The notes: generated by a model from the sequence alone, not told the origin. A stretch of 64,000 nt of DNA from Oscillospiraceae bacterium (GCA_015065665.1 SVPX01000002.1:848-64847); one strand, 5' to 3'; shown: positions 1-9,867, counted from the stretch's first letter. Numbers and translations: made by a program.

Positions 1-1
1 C

Positions 2-787
2 CGCAGTTACGGTGCTAAACTCCTGGGTGTACCTATGGATGATGACGGAATGAATATGGAAGCTCTTGAGGAAACACTCAGAACTCACCACAAAATCAGA
101 TTTATCTATACAATCCCCACATTCCAGAATCCCTCAGGCATTACAATGAGCCTTCAGAAGAGAAAGCGTCTTTATGAACTTGCAAAGCAGTACAATGTGC
201 TTATCCTTGAGGATAACCCCTATGGTGAGCTTCGTTACCGCGGCGAGACTCTGCCCACAATCAAGTCTATGGACGAGGACGGCATTGTTATATACGCAGG
301 TTCTTTCTCAAAGGTTATCTCTCCCGGTATGCGTGTGGGTTGGTTTGTGGCTCCCAAAGAGGTTGCACAGAAACTCATCGTATGCAAACAGGGCAGCGAT
401 GTTCACACCAATATGTGGTCACAGGTTCTTTGCCACGAGTTTATGACAAAGTACGATTTCAAGGGACACCTCCAGTACCTCCGCGACCTTTACTCCAAAA
501 AGGCTGAGTACACAATGGACCTGCTTAAGAAGAACCTTAAGGACAAAATCAGGTTTGGCGAGATTGATGGCGGTCTCTTTATCTGGTGTACCTTGCCCGA
601 AGATGTGGATATGCCCACATTCTGCCTTGATGCAGTAAAGGCTAAGGTTTGTGTTGTACCGGGTACAGCCTTCCTTACAGACGAGTCTGAGGTTTCTCAC
701 AACTTCAGAATCAACTTCTCAACTCCCACAGACGAACAGCTCAAAAAGGGTATTGAGATTCTGGGCACACTTGCAGAGAAGCTTTAA
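2..787 (+). CDS. PLP-dependent aminotransferase class I/II (MocR/ARO8-like), 5' truncated by window edge
   Basis: YTIPTFQNPSG, ILEDNPYGEL and GSFSKVISPGMRVG (PLP lysine) motifs; frame is open from position 2. Confidence 0.9.
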   Translation, partial: RSYGAKLLGVPMDDDGMNMEALEETLRTHHKIRFIYTIPTFQNPSGITMSLQKRKRLYELAKQYNVLILEDNPYGELRYRGETLPTIKSMDEDGIVIYAGSFSKVISPGMRVGWFVAPKEVAQKLIVCKQGSDVHTNMWSQVLCHEFMTKYDFKGHLQYLRDLYSKKAEYTMDLLKKNLKDKIRFGEIDGGLFIWCTLPEDVDMPTFCLDAVKAKVCVVPGTAFLTDESEVSHNFRINFSTPTDEQLKKGIEILGTLAEKL

Positions 788-820
788 TCAGAAATTACCA
801 TCCCAAAAGGAGAATATATT

Positions 821-1840
821 ATGGAACAGACAGTTAATCAGGATAAAAAGAAGATAGTTTACAGTGCTATTCAGCCCTCAGGTACAATCACTCTGGGCAA
901 CTACCTTGGTGCGCTGAGAAACTGGGTTATTATGCAGAACGAGGACGACAAGAAGTGCATCTACACTCTTGCTGACCTGCACACTATCACAGTCCGTCAG
1001 GAACCTGCCGCAATGAGAAAGAACGTGTTGGATGCCTATGCATCTATCCTTGCCTGCGGTATTGATGCACAAAAGAGCATCTTCTTTATTCAGAGCCACG
1101 TACCTGCTCACGCACAGATGGCATGGATTCTCAATTGCTACACACAGTTCGGCGAACTTTCCCGTATGACACAGTTCAAGGATAAATCTGCAAAACACGC
1201 AGACAACATCAACGCAGGTCTCTTCACATATCCTGCACTTATGGCTGCTGACATCCTGCTTTATCAGGCTGATTTAGTACCTGTTGGTGCAGACCAGAAA
1301 CAGCACCTTGAACTTGCCCGTGATATTGCAGAGCGTTTCAACGGCAGATACTCTAACGTGTTCACAGTACCCGAGGGATTTATCCCCACAAACGGTGCAA
1401 GAGTTATGAGCCTGCAGGATCCCACAAGAAAGATGAGCAAGTCTGACGAGAATGTAAACGCTTGTGTATCTCTCCTTGATACTCCCGATACAATTATGCG
1501 TAAGTTCAAGCGCGCAGTTACCGACTCTGAGGCAAGAGTTTGCATTGGCGAGGGTAAAGACGGCGTTAATAACCTTATCGGTATTTACTCTGCAATTACA
1601 GGCAGAACTGCCCAGCAGATTGCTGATGAGTTTGCAGGCAGAGGATACGGGGACTTCAAGGCTGCAGTTGGTGAGGCTGTAGTTGAGGAGTTGAGACCTA
1701 TCCGCGAGGAGTACGAGCGTCTTATTGCTGACAAGGGCTACCTTGAAGAGAGCTACCGTGCTGCAGCAGAGGTTGCTGACAGAATCGCACAGCGTACCCT
1801 TGACAAGGCTATGAAGAAGATTGGTTTTATCCACAGATGA
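821..1840 (+). CDS. trpS: Tryptophanyl-tRNA synthetase
   Basis: SAIQPSG..TLGNYLGA (HIGH-equivalent), YPALMAADILLY, VPVGADQKQHLELARD, KMSKS; RBS AAGGAG. Confidence 0.98.
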   Translation: MEQTVNQDKKKIVYSAIQPSGTITLGNYLGALRNWVIMQNEDDKKCIYTLADLHTITVRQEPAAMRKNVLDAYASILACGIDAQKSIFFIQSHVPAHAQMAWILNCYTQFGELSRMTQFKDKSAKHADNINAGLFTYPALMAADILLYQADLVPVGADQKQHLELARDIAERFNGRYSNVFTVPEGFIPTNGARVMSLQDPTRKMSKSDENVNACVSLLDTPDTIMRKFKRAVTDSEARVCIGEGKDGVNNLIGIYSAITGRTAQQIADEFAGRGYGDFKAAVGEAVVEELRPIREEYERLIADKGYLEESYRAAAEVADRIAQRTLDKAMKKIGFIHR

Positions 1841-1846
1841 TTATGG

Positions 1847-1883
1847 TCCCTCTGCGTTCAGCAGAGGGATTTTTGTTTTTTTT
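1847..1883 (+). terminator. Rho-independent terminator after trpS
   Basis: TCCCTCTGC-GTTCA-GCAGAGGGA hairpin followed by a T-rich tract. Confidence 0.85.
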
Positions 1884-1903
1884 AGAAAAATTTTCAAAAT
1901 AGG

Positions 1904-1931
1904 TGTGAGTTTTCCTGGTGTTTTGCGTCTA
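1904..1931 (+). promoter_or_regulatory. Possible ECF sigma autoregulatory promoter
   Basis: TGTGAG-N16-CGTCTA upstream of the ECF gene; a CGT -10 core is typical of ECF promoters. Confidence 0.4.
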
Positions 1932-1977
1932 AGTAGTGAAATAAGGGAAATCTTGCTTTTTGAAAGGAGCAAACATC

Positions 1978-2535
1978 ATGGATAACGGTGCTTGTAGCTA
2001 CCGCCGTTTTCTTGATGGAGATGATGAGGGCTTTGTAGAAATTATAAGAATATACAAAGACGGTATGATACTCTATCTTTGCGGCATTACGGGTAATATT
2101 TACCTTGCAGAGGATCTTACGGAAGACACCTTTGTAAAAATTATTACCAAAAAACCAAAATTTGCAGGAAAGTCTACATTCAAGACATGGCTTTATGCCA
2201 TAGCAAGGAATGTGGCTCTGGATTATCTGCGCAAAAATAAGGGTGTAGTGTTGGTATCAACAGAAGATATCCACTCACTTGCAGGTGATATGGAGTCACT
2301 TGAGAGAGCGTACATAAAGGAAGAAGAAAAGATAGAACTGCACAGGGCTATGGATAATCTTATTCCTGACTACAGACAGGTTTTGTGGCTTGTGTACTTT
2401 GAGGGCTTTACTGCAAAGGAAGTTGCTGATGTTATGCACAAATCCTTGCATAGCGTAGAGACCCTTCTGTACAGAGCAAAACGCTCTCTGAAGGCAGAAC
2501 TTGAGAAGGGAGGTTTTGTTTATGAAGGATTATAA
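1978..2535 (+). CDS. ECF RNA polymerase sigma factor
   Basis: Region 2 AEDLTEDTFVK..FKTWLYAIARNVALDYLRK; region 4 HTH YFEGFTAKEVADVM..SVETLLYRAKRSL; RBS AAAGGAG before ATG 1978. Confidence 0.93.
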   Translation: MDNGACSYRRFLDGDDEGFVEIIRIYKDGMILYLCGITGNIYLAEDLTEDTFVKIITKKPKFAGKSTFKTWLYAIARNVALDYLRKNKGVVLVSTEDIHSLAGDMESLERAYIKEEEKIELHRAMDNLIPDYRQVLWLVYFEGFTAKEVADVMHKSLHSVETLLYRAKRSLKAELEKGGFVYEGL

Positions 2536-4234
2536 TGAAATGGCAGAGGCTGTATTTCGCCGCAGAGACGAATTTGTGGCAGCCCGTAAAAAACGAAATG
2601 GAATTATATTGAGAACAGGTGCATCCCTGTGCGCTCTTTTGTTGGTTGCAGTTGTGGGAGTAAGTGTATGGAAGGCACTTCCCGAGATTCCTGTGGTACC
2701 TCCCACAGAGCCTGAAACAACAGTAACAGAGAGAACTGATACAACAGGTACAAATGAAGCAGAGGACACAAAACCTCAGATTGATGTTACAGAAAGTGAT
2801 AAGAATACTGACCCTGTGGAAAAGCCCACAGACAACACAAAGCCTGAGGGCAACAAGAAACCCGACAAAAACGAGACAACAGGAAATGAAGAAGTAACTC
2901 TCCCACAGGATCCTACAGAAACACAGAAACCTGACGCGGGTGATACTCCAAGTGCGGGATTCCCAACTGTAACGCTCCCACAGGATCCTACAGAGGTTAC
3001 TGAAAATGGGGATATAGTGGAGGATACTACAGCACCAAGTCCCGGGGTAGACCCTACTGAGGCCACCTTGCCTGTGTGGACATATGCTCCTGACACAACA
3101 GCATTACCCATGGAAACAATAGCAACCGAAGTACCCGAAACAACGGTTGCGTGCGAAACCTTTGCGACGGAACCTCTACTTGGTCCTCTGTATATTGAGT
3201 GTGGAGGTAAGACCTACGAGGCGCAGTTTGGTAAAATAGTAAATCTGACGGTGGAACTTCAGGCAGATGAGTTTATAAAGTCTGCTGTGATTCGGACTCA
3301 GTATGGAGAATTTGGTGATTTGCTTCAGGTTATTGACCTGAGTAAGATAGGATTTACTGATAAGCAACGTAAAGAGGCACACCTGCCGAATCTTGGAGAT
3401 GCGCCTGCTTTGATAGATTACTATGAAGTATGGCGGGGACAGAAAAATATCAACGTTCGTTTTGGAACGCTTAAAGATGAGGAGGCTCTTGATTTTACTG
3501 AGAAAAAGGTGCTGTTTACATTTTCGTTTCTAGTAGTGGATGAGGGCAATACGAAAATTGACATTATCCCTGACTCAATAAAAACAGTAAACGGAACTGA
3601 CTATGTAGAGAATCACCAGCTTGTGGCAGAAGGTATAGAACTTGATATAAAAGTGGATATTTCCAGTAGTGCTGATATAGTGCGTCCCACACTCCCCGAG
3701 GAGGAAGAAATTATACCTGTACCGCCTGCAGAGGATAGCGATTTTACCTATCCTGCAGAAAGCACAGACGGTGACCTTGTGATAACCTGTCAGGGCAGAA
3801 AGTACAGCGCAGATATAGAGGATACAGTTATCTACACACTTGAACTTGAGGCAGATAAACCTATAGAGGGAATACAGTTGACCTTTGACTATGGAAACGC
3901 AGACCTTAAGCTGATTGAACCTAAACCTGCAGAGGGGACAAAGGGAGAGGTCTGGTTCCCGAATCTGTATGGTGTGGAATATGATCACGTAGGAAGAAGC
4001 GATGGAAACAACTATCAGATAAAGATGAACGCTACTGATATTATGGGATTTGATTTTAAGGACAGAAAGGTTCTGATGACCTTTAAGTTCAAGGTTAAGA
4101 AATACGGTGAACTCAAGCTTACCCCCTGTATTGAATATATGTACAGTACAGAACCTAAGGACTATTTCTTCTATCTTGGCAAACAGGTGGATTATGAAAA
4201 CATCAGACTCTATGAATATGTGACTGTAGAGTAA
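2522..4234 (+). CDS. Putative anti-sigma membrane protein: short cytoplasmic N-terminus, one TM helix, P/T/E-rich stalk, two cohesin-like domains
   Basis: Overlaps sigma 3' end; TM LCALLLVAVVGVSVW; long Pro/Thr/Glu linker; two related beta-rich repeats (..TVELQAD..DFTEKKVLFTFSF and ..TLELEAD..DFKDRKVLMTFKF). Confidence 0.7.
   Translation: MKDYNEMAEAVFRRRDEFVAARKKRNGIILRTGASLCALLLVAVVGVSVWKALPEIPVVPPTEPETTVTERTDTTGTNEAEDTKPQIDVTESDKNTDPVEKPTDNTKPEGNKKPDKNETTGNEEVTLPQDPTETQKPDAGDTPSAGFPTVTLPQDPTEVTENGDIVEDTTAPSPGVDPTEATLPVWTYAPDTTALPMETIATEVPETTVACETFATEPLLGPLYIECGGKTYEAQFGKIVNLTVELQADEFIKSAVIRTQYGEFGDLLQVIDLSKIGFTDKQRKEAHLPNLGDAPALIDYYEVWRGQKNINVRFGTLKDEEALDFTEKKVLFTFSFLVVDEGNTKIDIIPDSIKTVNGTDYVENHQLVAEGIELDIKVDISSSADIVRPTLPEEEEIIPVPPAEDSDFTYPAESTDGDLVITCQGRKYSADIEDTVIYTLELEADKPIEGIQLTFDYGNADLKLIEPKPAEGTKGEVWFPNLYGVEYDHVGRSDGNNYQIKMNATDIMGFDFKDRKVLMTFKFKVKKYGELKLTPCIEYMYSTEPKDYFFYLGKQVDYENIRLYEYVTVE
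2894..2994 (+). repeat. 26-bp intragenic direct repeat encoding VTLPQDPTE twice
   Basis: GTAAC(T/G)CTCCCACAGGATCCTACAGA at 2894 and 2969. Confidence 0.85.
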
Positions 4235-4329
4235 ACTTTATTTGCGTATAAAGTACCATACAAAAAGGGTGCAGAGAGTTATCCCTTTGCATCTTGAAAA
4301 CCTGAATTAATTACGGAGGTGTAGTTTTT

Positions 4330-5499
4330 ATGAAGAAGATTTTAGCAATTGTTTTGATTCTGTGTGTACTGATAAGCACATCATTAGCAAGTGCGTTAGC
4401 AGTGTCAGCAGGAACCAGTATCGGAAGATACGCAACCCAGGAGATTCTTACTTTGTCGGACGATGATATAGTTTACAGTGCTATAATTTATACTGCCTCC
4501 GACAATGCAAGAGCTTATGAGTTCTCTTATTGGGTAGAGCAGATGGGGTATCTGGATGATATTAGAGATTACACCGTGGAATATGGTGAGGAACTTGAAC
4601 GAGAATACAACGAATATATAAAGTCTTTACGACAGGCTGTTCTGGCAGAGGGCGAGGCTTTTTTTGCAAAACACTTTGATGCAAGTACAGATGAACTTTT
4701 GCGTAATTCCGATAGAAGAGCGCTTATTATGGTGCGTTCATCTGTAGCAACAATCAAGGCTCTGGAGAATGTTGACGGTTGTGCTGTTTTTGAGTCATCT
4801 ACATCAGAAGATTCAGTCAACAGAAGGTATGAGACAAACGATTATTATACAATCGTTCCTGACTATTATGTGGATATTTCTCCCTACGAGCTTGTATATG
4901 CAATGCACTTCTATGAGGATGTTGAGGAGCCCCGATATATAGATCGTTTAAGTTGGAATATAGGTGAATATATATATTATAATAAGTATGATCACTATGG
5001 TGATACAGAAGATGCAACCCCTGATTATGTCCTTGCTTTTTCAGGAGAGAATGTATGCTCACCTGCGTATTCTGCAGGTGGTTTTGGAGATAAATATCTT
5101 CTTCAGGAGTATAATATATACTATCCCTACACGCTGGGTTATCATATTATCACAACAGAGGATATGAAGGTGTATACTCTCCGTGAGGCGTGGGATGCAC
5201 AGATTGAAGGAATAGAGGATGTGTTTGAGGATTTCGGTCTGGGCGAAAAACGCGGAGATTCTGACGGAGACGGAGAAATTACTATTAAAGATGCAACCCT
5301 GGTTCAGAAGTGTATTGCAAAACTTGAGAAATTCACAGAGTATGAATATGTAAGTGGTTTTGCAGAAAAAGGACAGGGAGAAGATGGAATGTTCCACGAT
5401 AGAATTTCTGATATGAACCGAGACGGAGAGGTAGACATCAAAGATGCTACTGCAATACAGAAGTACATTGCAGGAATAAAAGATAATACCGCAAGTTGA
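4330..5499 (+). CDS. Secreted protein with C-terminal dockerin, N-terminal part of unknown function
   Basis: Signal peptide MKKILAIVLILCVLIS..ALA; duplicated Ca-loop GDSDGDGEITIKDATLVQK and DMNRDGEVDIKDATAIQKYIAG. Confidence 0.88.
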   Translation: MKKILAIVLILCVLISTSLASALAVSAGTSIGRYATQEILTLSDDDIVYSAIIYTASDNARAYEFSYWVEQMGYLDDIRDYTVEYGEELEREYNEYIKSLRQAVLAEGEAFFAKHFDASTDELLRNSDRRALIMVRSSVATIKALENVDGCAVFESSTSEDSVNRRYETNDYYTIVPDYYVDISPYELVYAMHFYEDVEEPRYIDRLSWNIGEYIYYNKYDHYGDTEDATPDYVLAFSGENVCSPAYSAGGFGDKYLLQEYNIYYPYTLGYHIITTEDMKVYTLREAWDAQIEGIEDVFEDFGLGEKRGDSDGDGEITIKDATLVQKCIAKLEKFTEYEYVSGFAEKGQGEDGMFHDRISDMNRDGEVDIKDATAIQKYIAGIKDNTAS

Positions 5500-5516
5500 G
5501 TATAGATTTCCCCTAA

Positions 5517-5551
5517 AAAAGGGCGTATGCATTTTGTGCATACGCCCTTTT
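5517..5551. terminator. Bidirectional terminator between convergent genes
   Basis: AAAAGGGCGTATGCA-TTTTG-TGCATACGCCCTTTT perfect inverted repeat. Confidence 0.85.
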
Positions 5552-5605
5552 CCCATTACCGCATCAGCGGATTTTGTTTGGTTTTGGTGTTTTTTCTGAA
5601 TAATA

Positions 5606-5986
5606 TCAGATTTCTGCCTTCCACAGACCGTGGAGGTTGCAGTATGCGTATACTGCCTCTGCCTTCTCATCAGCAAGAGCGAATACTGCCTTGGGTGCTT
5701 CGCCTGCGTTCAGATACTTGAACTGACCGCCCTTGTCTGTCTGCAGATAAATCCACATAATGAAATGCTCCTCAACCATAGGATGAGCCACAGAGCCTAC
5801 CTCGACTGTAACTGTGTTGCCCTCAACTGTTGGGACGGGAATGTGCTTTTCTGTACTTGCCTCAACTGTGCCGGGTACAAGCTCGGTCATCTTCTGTCCG
5901 CAGCAGAACACGGGTACTTTCTTGTCCTGAATCTTTGTAACGATGTTTCCGCAATGCTCGCAGATAAAGAATTTTGTTTCTCTCAT
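5606..5986 (-). CDS. dfx: Desulfoferrodoxin / superoxide reductase
   Basis: CEHCGN..CCG centre I; EKHIP, HPM..HFI and CNLHGLW centre II. Confidence 0.95.
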   Translation of the reverse strand: MRETKFFICEHCGNIVTKIQDKKVPVFCCGQKMTELVPGTVEASTEKHIPVPTVEGNTVTVEVGSVAHPMVEEHFIMWIYLQTDKGGQFKYLNAGEAPKAVFALADEKAEAVYAYCNLHGLWKAEI

Positions 5987-6027
5987 AATAATTACCTCCG
6001 TTAATATTTTACTGTAATTTTTATTTA

Positions 6028-7821
6028 TTATTCTTTGATTTCTTCAAAATCGGCTGCTCCGTGTTTGCACAGAGGACAGATGAAGTCCTCGGGCAGAGTG
6101 TCGCCTTCGTAGATGTATCCGCAGATTTTGCATACATAACCCTTTTTGCCCTCTGTCTCAGGCTTGGGTTTTACATTCTGCTGATAGTAGGTGTAGGTCA
6201 TTGTCTCCTTGTCAGACAGGACTCTTGCCTCGGTAATCTCGCAGATGAACATTCCGTGAGTATCAAGGTCTACATACTGTTCAACCTTAAGTGACATAAA
6301 GGAGTTGATGTATCTGGGCAGGAATATAAGTCCGTTGTCAGAGCGGAGAGGTTCGCAATTTTCGAACTTATCAACATTTCTGCCGCTTACAAATCCGAAG
6401 GACTCAAATACAGAGAAGGGAGCCTCGGTTGTAAGGCAGTTGACGTTCATAACCCCTGTCTGCTTGATAACATGGTGAGAATAATTTTCTTTGTTGATGG
6501 TAACAGCCACCTTGTTGGGTGTGTTTGTTACCTGAGTAACTGTGTTGACAATAAGACCATTGTCCTTTTTGCCGTCATTGGATGTTACAACATACAGACC
6601 ATAGCCGATGTTGAAGAGGGCGGACAGGTCGTTCTTGTTTGCTGTGTCAGAGTTCTGTGCAATGTAATCTCTGCAAAGTTCATCAGAGAGAGCCTCAAGC
6701 TGTTCGGAACTATCCTCATTAAGGGCAGAGCGGATAGAAACTGTTGTGTCTGTAAAGGTCAGGTTCTTGCTGCCTTCAAACATCTTTCTCATAACCTTTG
6801 CTGCCATAGGTGCCCAGCTGCCGTTTTCAATGAGGGCAACTGTTCTTACTTGGAAGTTACGCTCTGTCAGGTGGTTGATGAATTCTCTCATAAAGGGGAA
6901 GATTTCAGAGTTGTATGTGGTGGTGGCAAGGACGATTTTTGAGTAGCGGAATGCATCCTCAACTGCCTCTGCCATATCGCATCTTGCCAGGTCGTTGACT
7001 ACAACCTTGGGGCAGCCCTTTGCACGGAGCTTCTCAGCCAGAAGATTCACAGCCTTCTTTGTGTTGCCGTAAACAGAGGTGTAGGCAATCATAATGCCTT
7101 CCTCCTCAGGGCGGTAACTTGACCAGATATCGTAGAGGTTCAGGTAGTAGCCTAAGTTTTCTGTAAGAACAGGACCATGGAGAGGTGCGATAATTTCGAT
7201 ATCAAGGGTTGCGGCTTTTTTCAGCAGATTCTGAACCTGCACGCCGTATTTGCCAACAATGCCGATGTAGTAGCGTCTTGCCTCACAAGCCCAGTCCTCA
7301 TCTGCATCAAGAGCGCCGAACTTGCCGAAACCGTCAGCAGAGAAAAGCACCTTATCCTTGCTGTCATAAGTAACGATAACCTCAGGCCAATGCACCATGG
7401 GAGCAGTTACGAATGTGAGAGTATGTGTGCCTAAGTTCAGAGTGTCACCCTCGCCTACAACAATGCGTCTGTCCTCGTAATCTGTGCCGAAGAAGTTCTT
7501 CATCATCTGAAAAGCCTTCAAAGAAGAAACAATCTGAGCCTTGGGGTAAGCCTTCAGGAAGTTTGCAATGTTTGCAGAGTGGTCAGGCTCCATATGCTGA
7601 ACAATCAGGTAATCAGGTTTTCTGCCTTCAAGTACACTCTGGATATTGTCCAGCCACTCGTGAGTAAAGTTTGCGTCCACAGTATCCATAATTGCAATCT
7701 TCTCGTCAATGATTGCATAGGAGTTGTACGCCATGCCGTTGGGGACAATGTACTGTCCCTCAAACAAATCTATTTTATGGTCGTTGACGCCAATATATTT
7801 AATATCTTTTGTAATATTCAT
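6028..7821 (-). CDS. Flavodiiron protein (FprA-type) with fused flavin reductase and C-terminal rubredoxin domains
   Basis: HMEPDHS, HWPE, SADGFG, HGP diiron ligands; flavodoxin SVYGNT; flavin reductase YGLYVVT; rubredoxin CKICGYIY..CPLC; ATG 7821 preceded by GAGGTG. Confidence 0.92.
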   Translation of the reverse strand: MNITKDIKYIGVNDHKIDLFEGQYIVPNGMAYNSYAIIDEKIAIMDTVDANFTHEWLDNIQSVLEGRKPDYLIVQHMEPDHSANIANFLKAYPKAQIVSSLKAFQMMKNFFGTDYEDRRIVVGEGDTLNLGTHTLTFVTAPMVHWPEVIVTYDSKDKVLFSADGFGKFGALDADEDWACEARRYYIGIVGKYGVQVQNLLKKAATLDIEIIAPLHGPVLTENLGYYLNLYDIWSSYRPEEEGIMIAYTSVYGNTKKAVNLLAEKLRAKGCPKVVVNDLARCDMAEAVEDAFRYSKIVLATTTYNSEIFPFMREFINHLTERNFQVRTVALIENGSWAPMAAKVMRKMFEGSKNLTFTDTTVSIRSALNEDSSEQLEALSDELCRDYIAQNSDTANKNDLSALFNIGYGLYVVTSNDGKKDNGLIVNTVTQVTNTPNKVAVTINKENYSHHVIKQTGVMNVNCLTTEAPFSVFESFGFVSGRNVDKFENCEPLRSDNGLIFLPRYINSFMSLKVEQYVDLDTHGMFICEITEARVLSDKETMTYTYYQQNVKPKPETEGKKGYVCKICGYIYEGDTLPEDFICPLCKHGAADFEEIKE

Positions 7822-7893
7822 AGTTAACACCTCTTGATATCTTTTTCTTTTATTATATCACAAATGCTTAAAAATCAAATGGTTTTTTTGGAT

Positions 7894-8589
7894 TTATTCA
7901 AGAATTTTTCCGTCTGTTGTAATTGTTACAACCTGCCAGGGCAGGGATTTACCACTTGCCTTGATTGCGTTTTTTACTGCATTCTCAAGACCGCCGCAGC
8001 AGGGGACTTCCATACGGACTATCTTTACACTCTTTATATTGTTGTTCTTTATAATCTGGGTGAGTTTTTCCGTGTAATCTCCTTCGTCAAGTTTGGGGCA
8101 ACCAATGAGAGTGATGTGATTGCGGATGAAGTCATAGTGGAAGTTGCCGTAGGCATAGGCTGTGCAGTCTGCAGCAACAAGGAGATTTGCGTTCTCAAAG
8201 TAGGGAGCGTTGACAGGAACAAGTTTTATCTGACAAGGCCATTGGGAGAGAAAACTTGGTGTATCCCCGGCCTTTTGGGGAATGCTTGATTCCCGTCTGA
8301 TAGCCTTGGCTTTTGTACCGGGACAACCGCAGGGAAGTTTTGCACTCTTCTTTTCTGCTTGTGCTTTCTTTACGGCTTCTTCGTTATATGCAGGAGCCTC
8401 CCGCTCCTCAAAACTTATTGCGTCCACAGGACAGGCGGGCAGGCAATCTCCCAGTCCGTCACAGTAGTCCTCTCGGGTAAGTACTGCTTTGCCGTTTATC
8501 ATCTCAATTGCGCCCTCGTGACAAGCACTTGCACAAGCACCGCATCCGTTGCATTTGTTATCATCAATCTTTATTATTTTTCTCAGCAT
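7894..8589 (-). CDS. 4Fe-4S dicluster iron-sulfur protein
   Basis: CNGCGACASACHEGAI, CDGLGDCLPACPVDAI; QWPCQIKL, GCPKLD and MEVPCCGG motifs. Confidence 0.88.
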   Translation of the reverse strand: MLRKIIKIDDNKCNGCGACASACHEGAIEMINGKAVLTREDYCDGLGDCLPACPVDAISFEEREAPAYNEEAVKKAQAEKKSAKLPCGCPGTKAKAIRRESSIPQKAGDTPSFLSQWPCQIKLVPVNAPYFENANLLVAADCTAYAYGNFHYDFIRNHITLIGCPKLDEGDYTEKLTQIIKNNNIKSVKIVRMEVPCCGGLENAVKNAIKASGKSLPWQVVTITTDGKILE

Positions 8590-8645
8590 TATTCGTACCT
8601 CCTTGATTTTATGGCTTAATTATATTATAATCAAAGAGAAAGTTA

Positions 8646-8661
8646 TGTTGAAATTTCAACA
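8646..8661. promoter_or_regulatory. Probable Crp/Fnr-family operator
   Basis: Perfect 16-bp palindrome TGTTGAAATTTCAACA in the divergent intergenic region beside a Crp/Fnr gene. Confidence 0.7.
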
Positions 8662-8674
8662 AAAGGTGATTTTT

Positions 8675-9334
8675 ATGAAAGAATATTTTGATGTGCTGAG
8701 AAAAAGTCCTTTGTTTATTGGTGTTGCAGACGAACATATAATGAAGATGCTCTCTTGTTTAGGGGCGGTTAAAGAGACTTTTGATAAAAAATATACCATT
8801 ATAGCTGAGGGCAACAGAGCGAAGTTCATCGGCATACTGCTGTCCGGTTCGGCACAGATAGAGCAGGTTGACTACTACGGCAACAGAACAATTGTAGGCA
8901 GGGTAGAGCCCTCACAGCTTTTTTCTGAGGAGTTTGCCTGTGCAGAGGTTGAGGCTGTGCCTGTGTCGGTAATTGCCAACGAGCCCTGCGAGGTGTTGCT
9001 CCTTGACTGCAATCATATTCTTCACACTTGTCACAACAACTGCCCTTTTCATCAGCAGATGATTTTTAATCTGATGAAGAATATGGCTGTGAAGAATATT
9101 GTTTATCACCAGAAGATAGACATTACCTCAAAGCGAAGTACAAGGGAAAAACTTATGGCATATCTTATGTTCTGTGCAAAGGAGTCGGGAAGTGACAGTT
9201 TTGAGATTCCCTATGACAGACAGGAACTGGCGGATTTCCTTGAGGTTGACAGAAGCGGTCTGTCTGCAGAAATCAGTAAACTGCGAAAAGAGGGAGTGCT
9301 TTTAAGCACAAAAAAACATTTTGAGTTGTTGTAA
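8675..9334 (+). CDS. Crp/Fnr family transcriptional regulator
   Basis: cNMP-binding-like N-domain; C-terminal HTH DRQELADFLEVDRSGLSAEISKL; start MKEYF chosen over the upstream ORF-track start. Confidence 0.92.
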   Translation: MKEYFDVLRKSPLFIGVADEHIMKMLSCLGAVKETFDKKYTIIAEGNRAKFIGILLSGSAQIEQVDYYGNRTIVGRVEPSQLFSEEFACAEVEAVPVSVIANEPCEVLLLDCNHILHTCHNNCPFHQQMIFNLMKNMAVKNIVYHQKIDITSKRSTREKLMAYLMFCAKESGSDSFEIPYDRQELADFLEVDRSGLSAEISKLRKEGVLLSTKKHFELL

Positions 9335-9384
9335 AATCATATATAAAAAGAAAGTGTCGGAATCTTTACAGACTCCGACATTTT

Positions 9385-9867
9385 TTATTCTGTCACTATA
9401 TCAGCAAGTTGAAAGTTAATTGCTTTTTTTAGTTCCTGCAGGGAGGTTTCCACCTGATAACCGATTTTGCCTGCACTGAAAAAGATGGTTTCAAAGTTCC
9501 GGGCAGTAATATCAATGGTGGTCCTGAACTGCTTTTTCATTCCCACAGGGGAGCAGCCTCCGTGGATATATCCTGTGAGTGGGAGCAGGTCCTTTGACTT
9601 TATCATTCCAATGCTTTTTTCTCCTACTGCTTTTGCCGCTTTTTTCAGGTCCAGTTCTTTTTCTACAGGCACAAGGAAAACAAAATAAGTCTTTGATGCA
9701 CCCTGAGTTACAAGAGTTTTGAATACTCTGAGGGGATTTTCGCCCAGCACCGTTGCAACCTCAGTACCGCTTATGGCATCTGTGTCAATGTAACTGTGGC
9801 TGGTATAGGGGATTTTCTTTTGCTCAAGGATTCGCATAACATTTGTTTTGTCATTGTTCTTTGCCAT
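9385..9867 (-). CDS. ybaK: Cys-tRNA(Pro) deacylase, YbaK/EbsC family
   Basis: KTNVMRIL, VFKTLV, LDLKKAA, TGYIHGGCSPVG, SAGKIG. Confidence 0.93.
   Translation of the reverse strand: MAKNNDKTNVMRILEQKKIPYTSHSYIDTDAISGTEVATVLGENPLRVFKTLVTQGASKTYFVFLVPVEKELDLKKAAKAVGEKSIGMIKSKDLLPLTGYIHGGCSPVGMKKQFRTTIDITARNFETIFFSAGKIGYQVETSLQELKKAINFQLADIVTE

Noticed and set aside
788-820. T-box riboswitch upstream of trpS
   Set aside because: Only 33 nt separate trpS from the upstream gene; any leader would lie outside the window.
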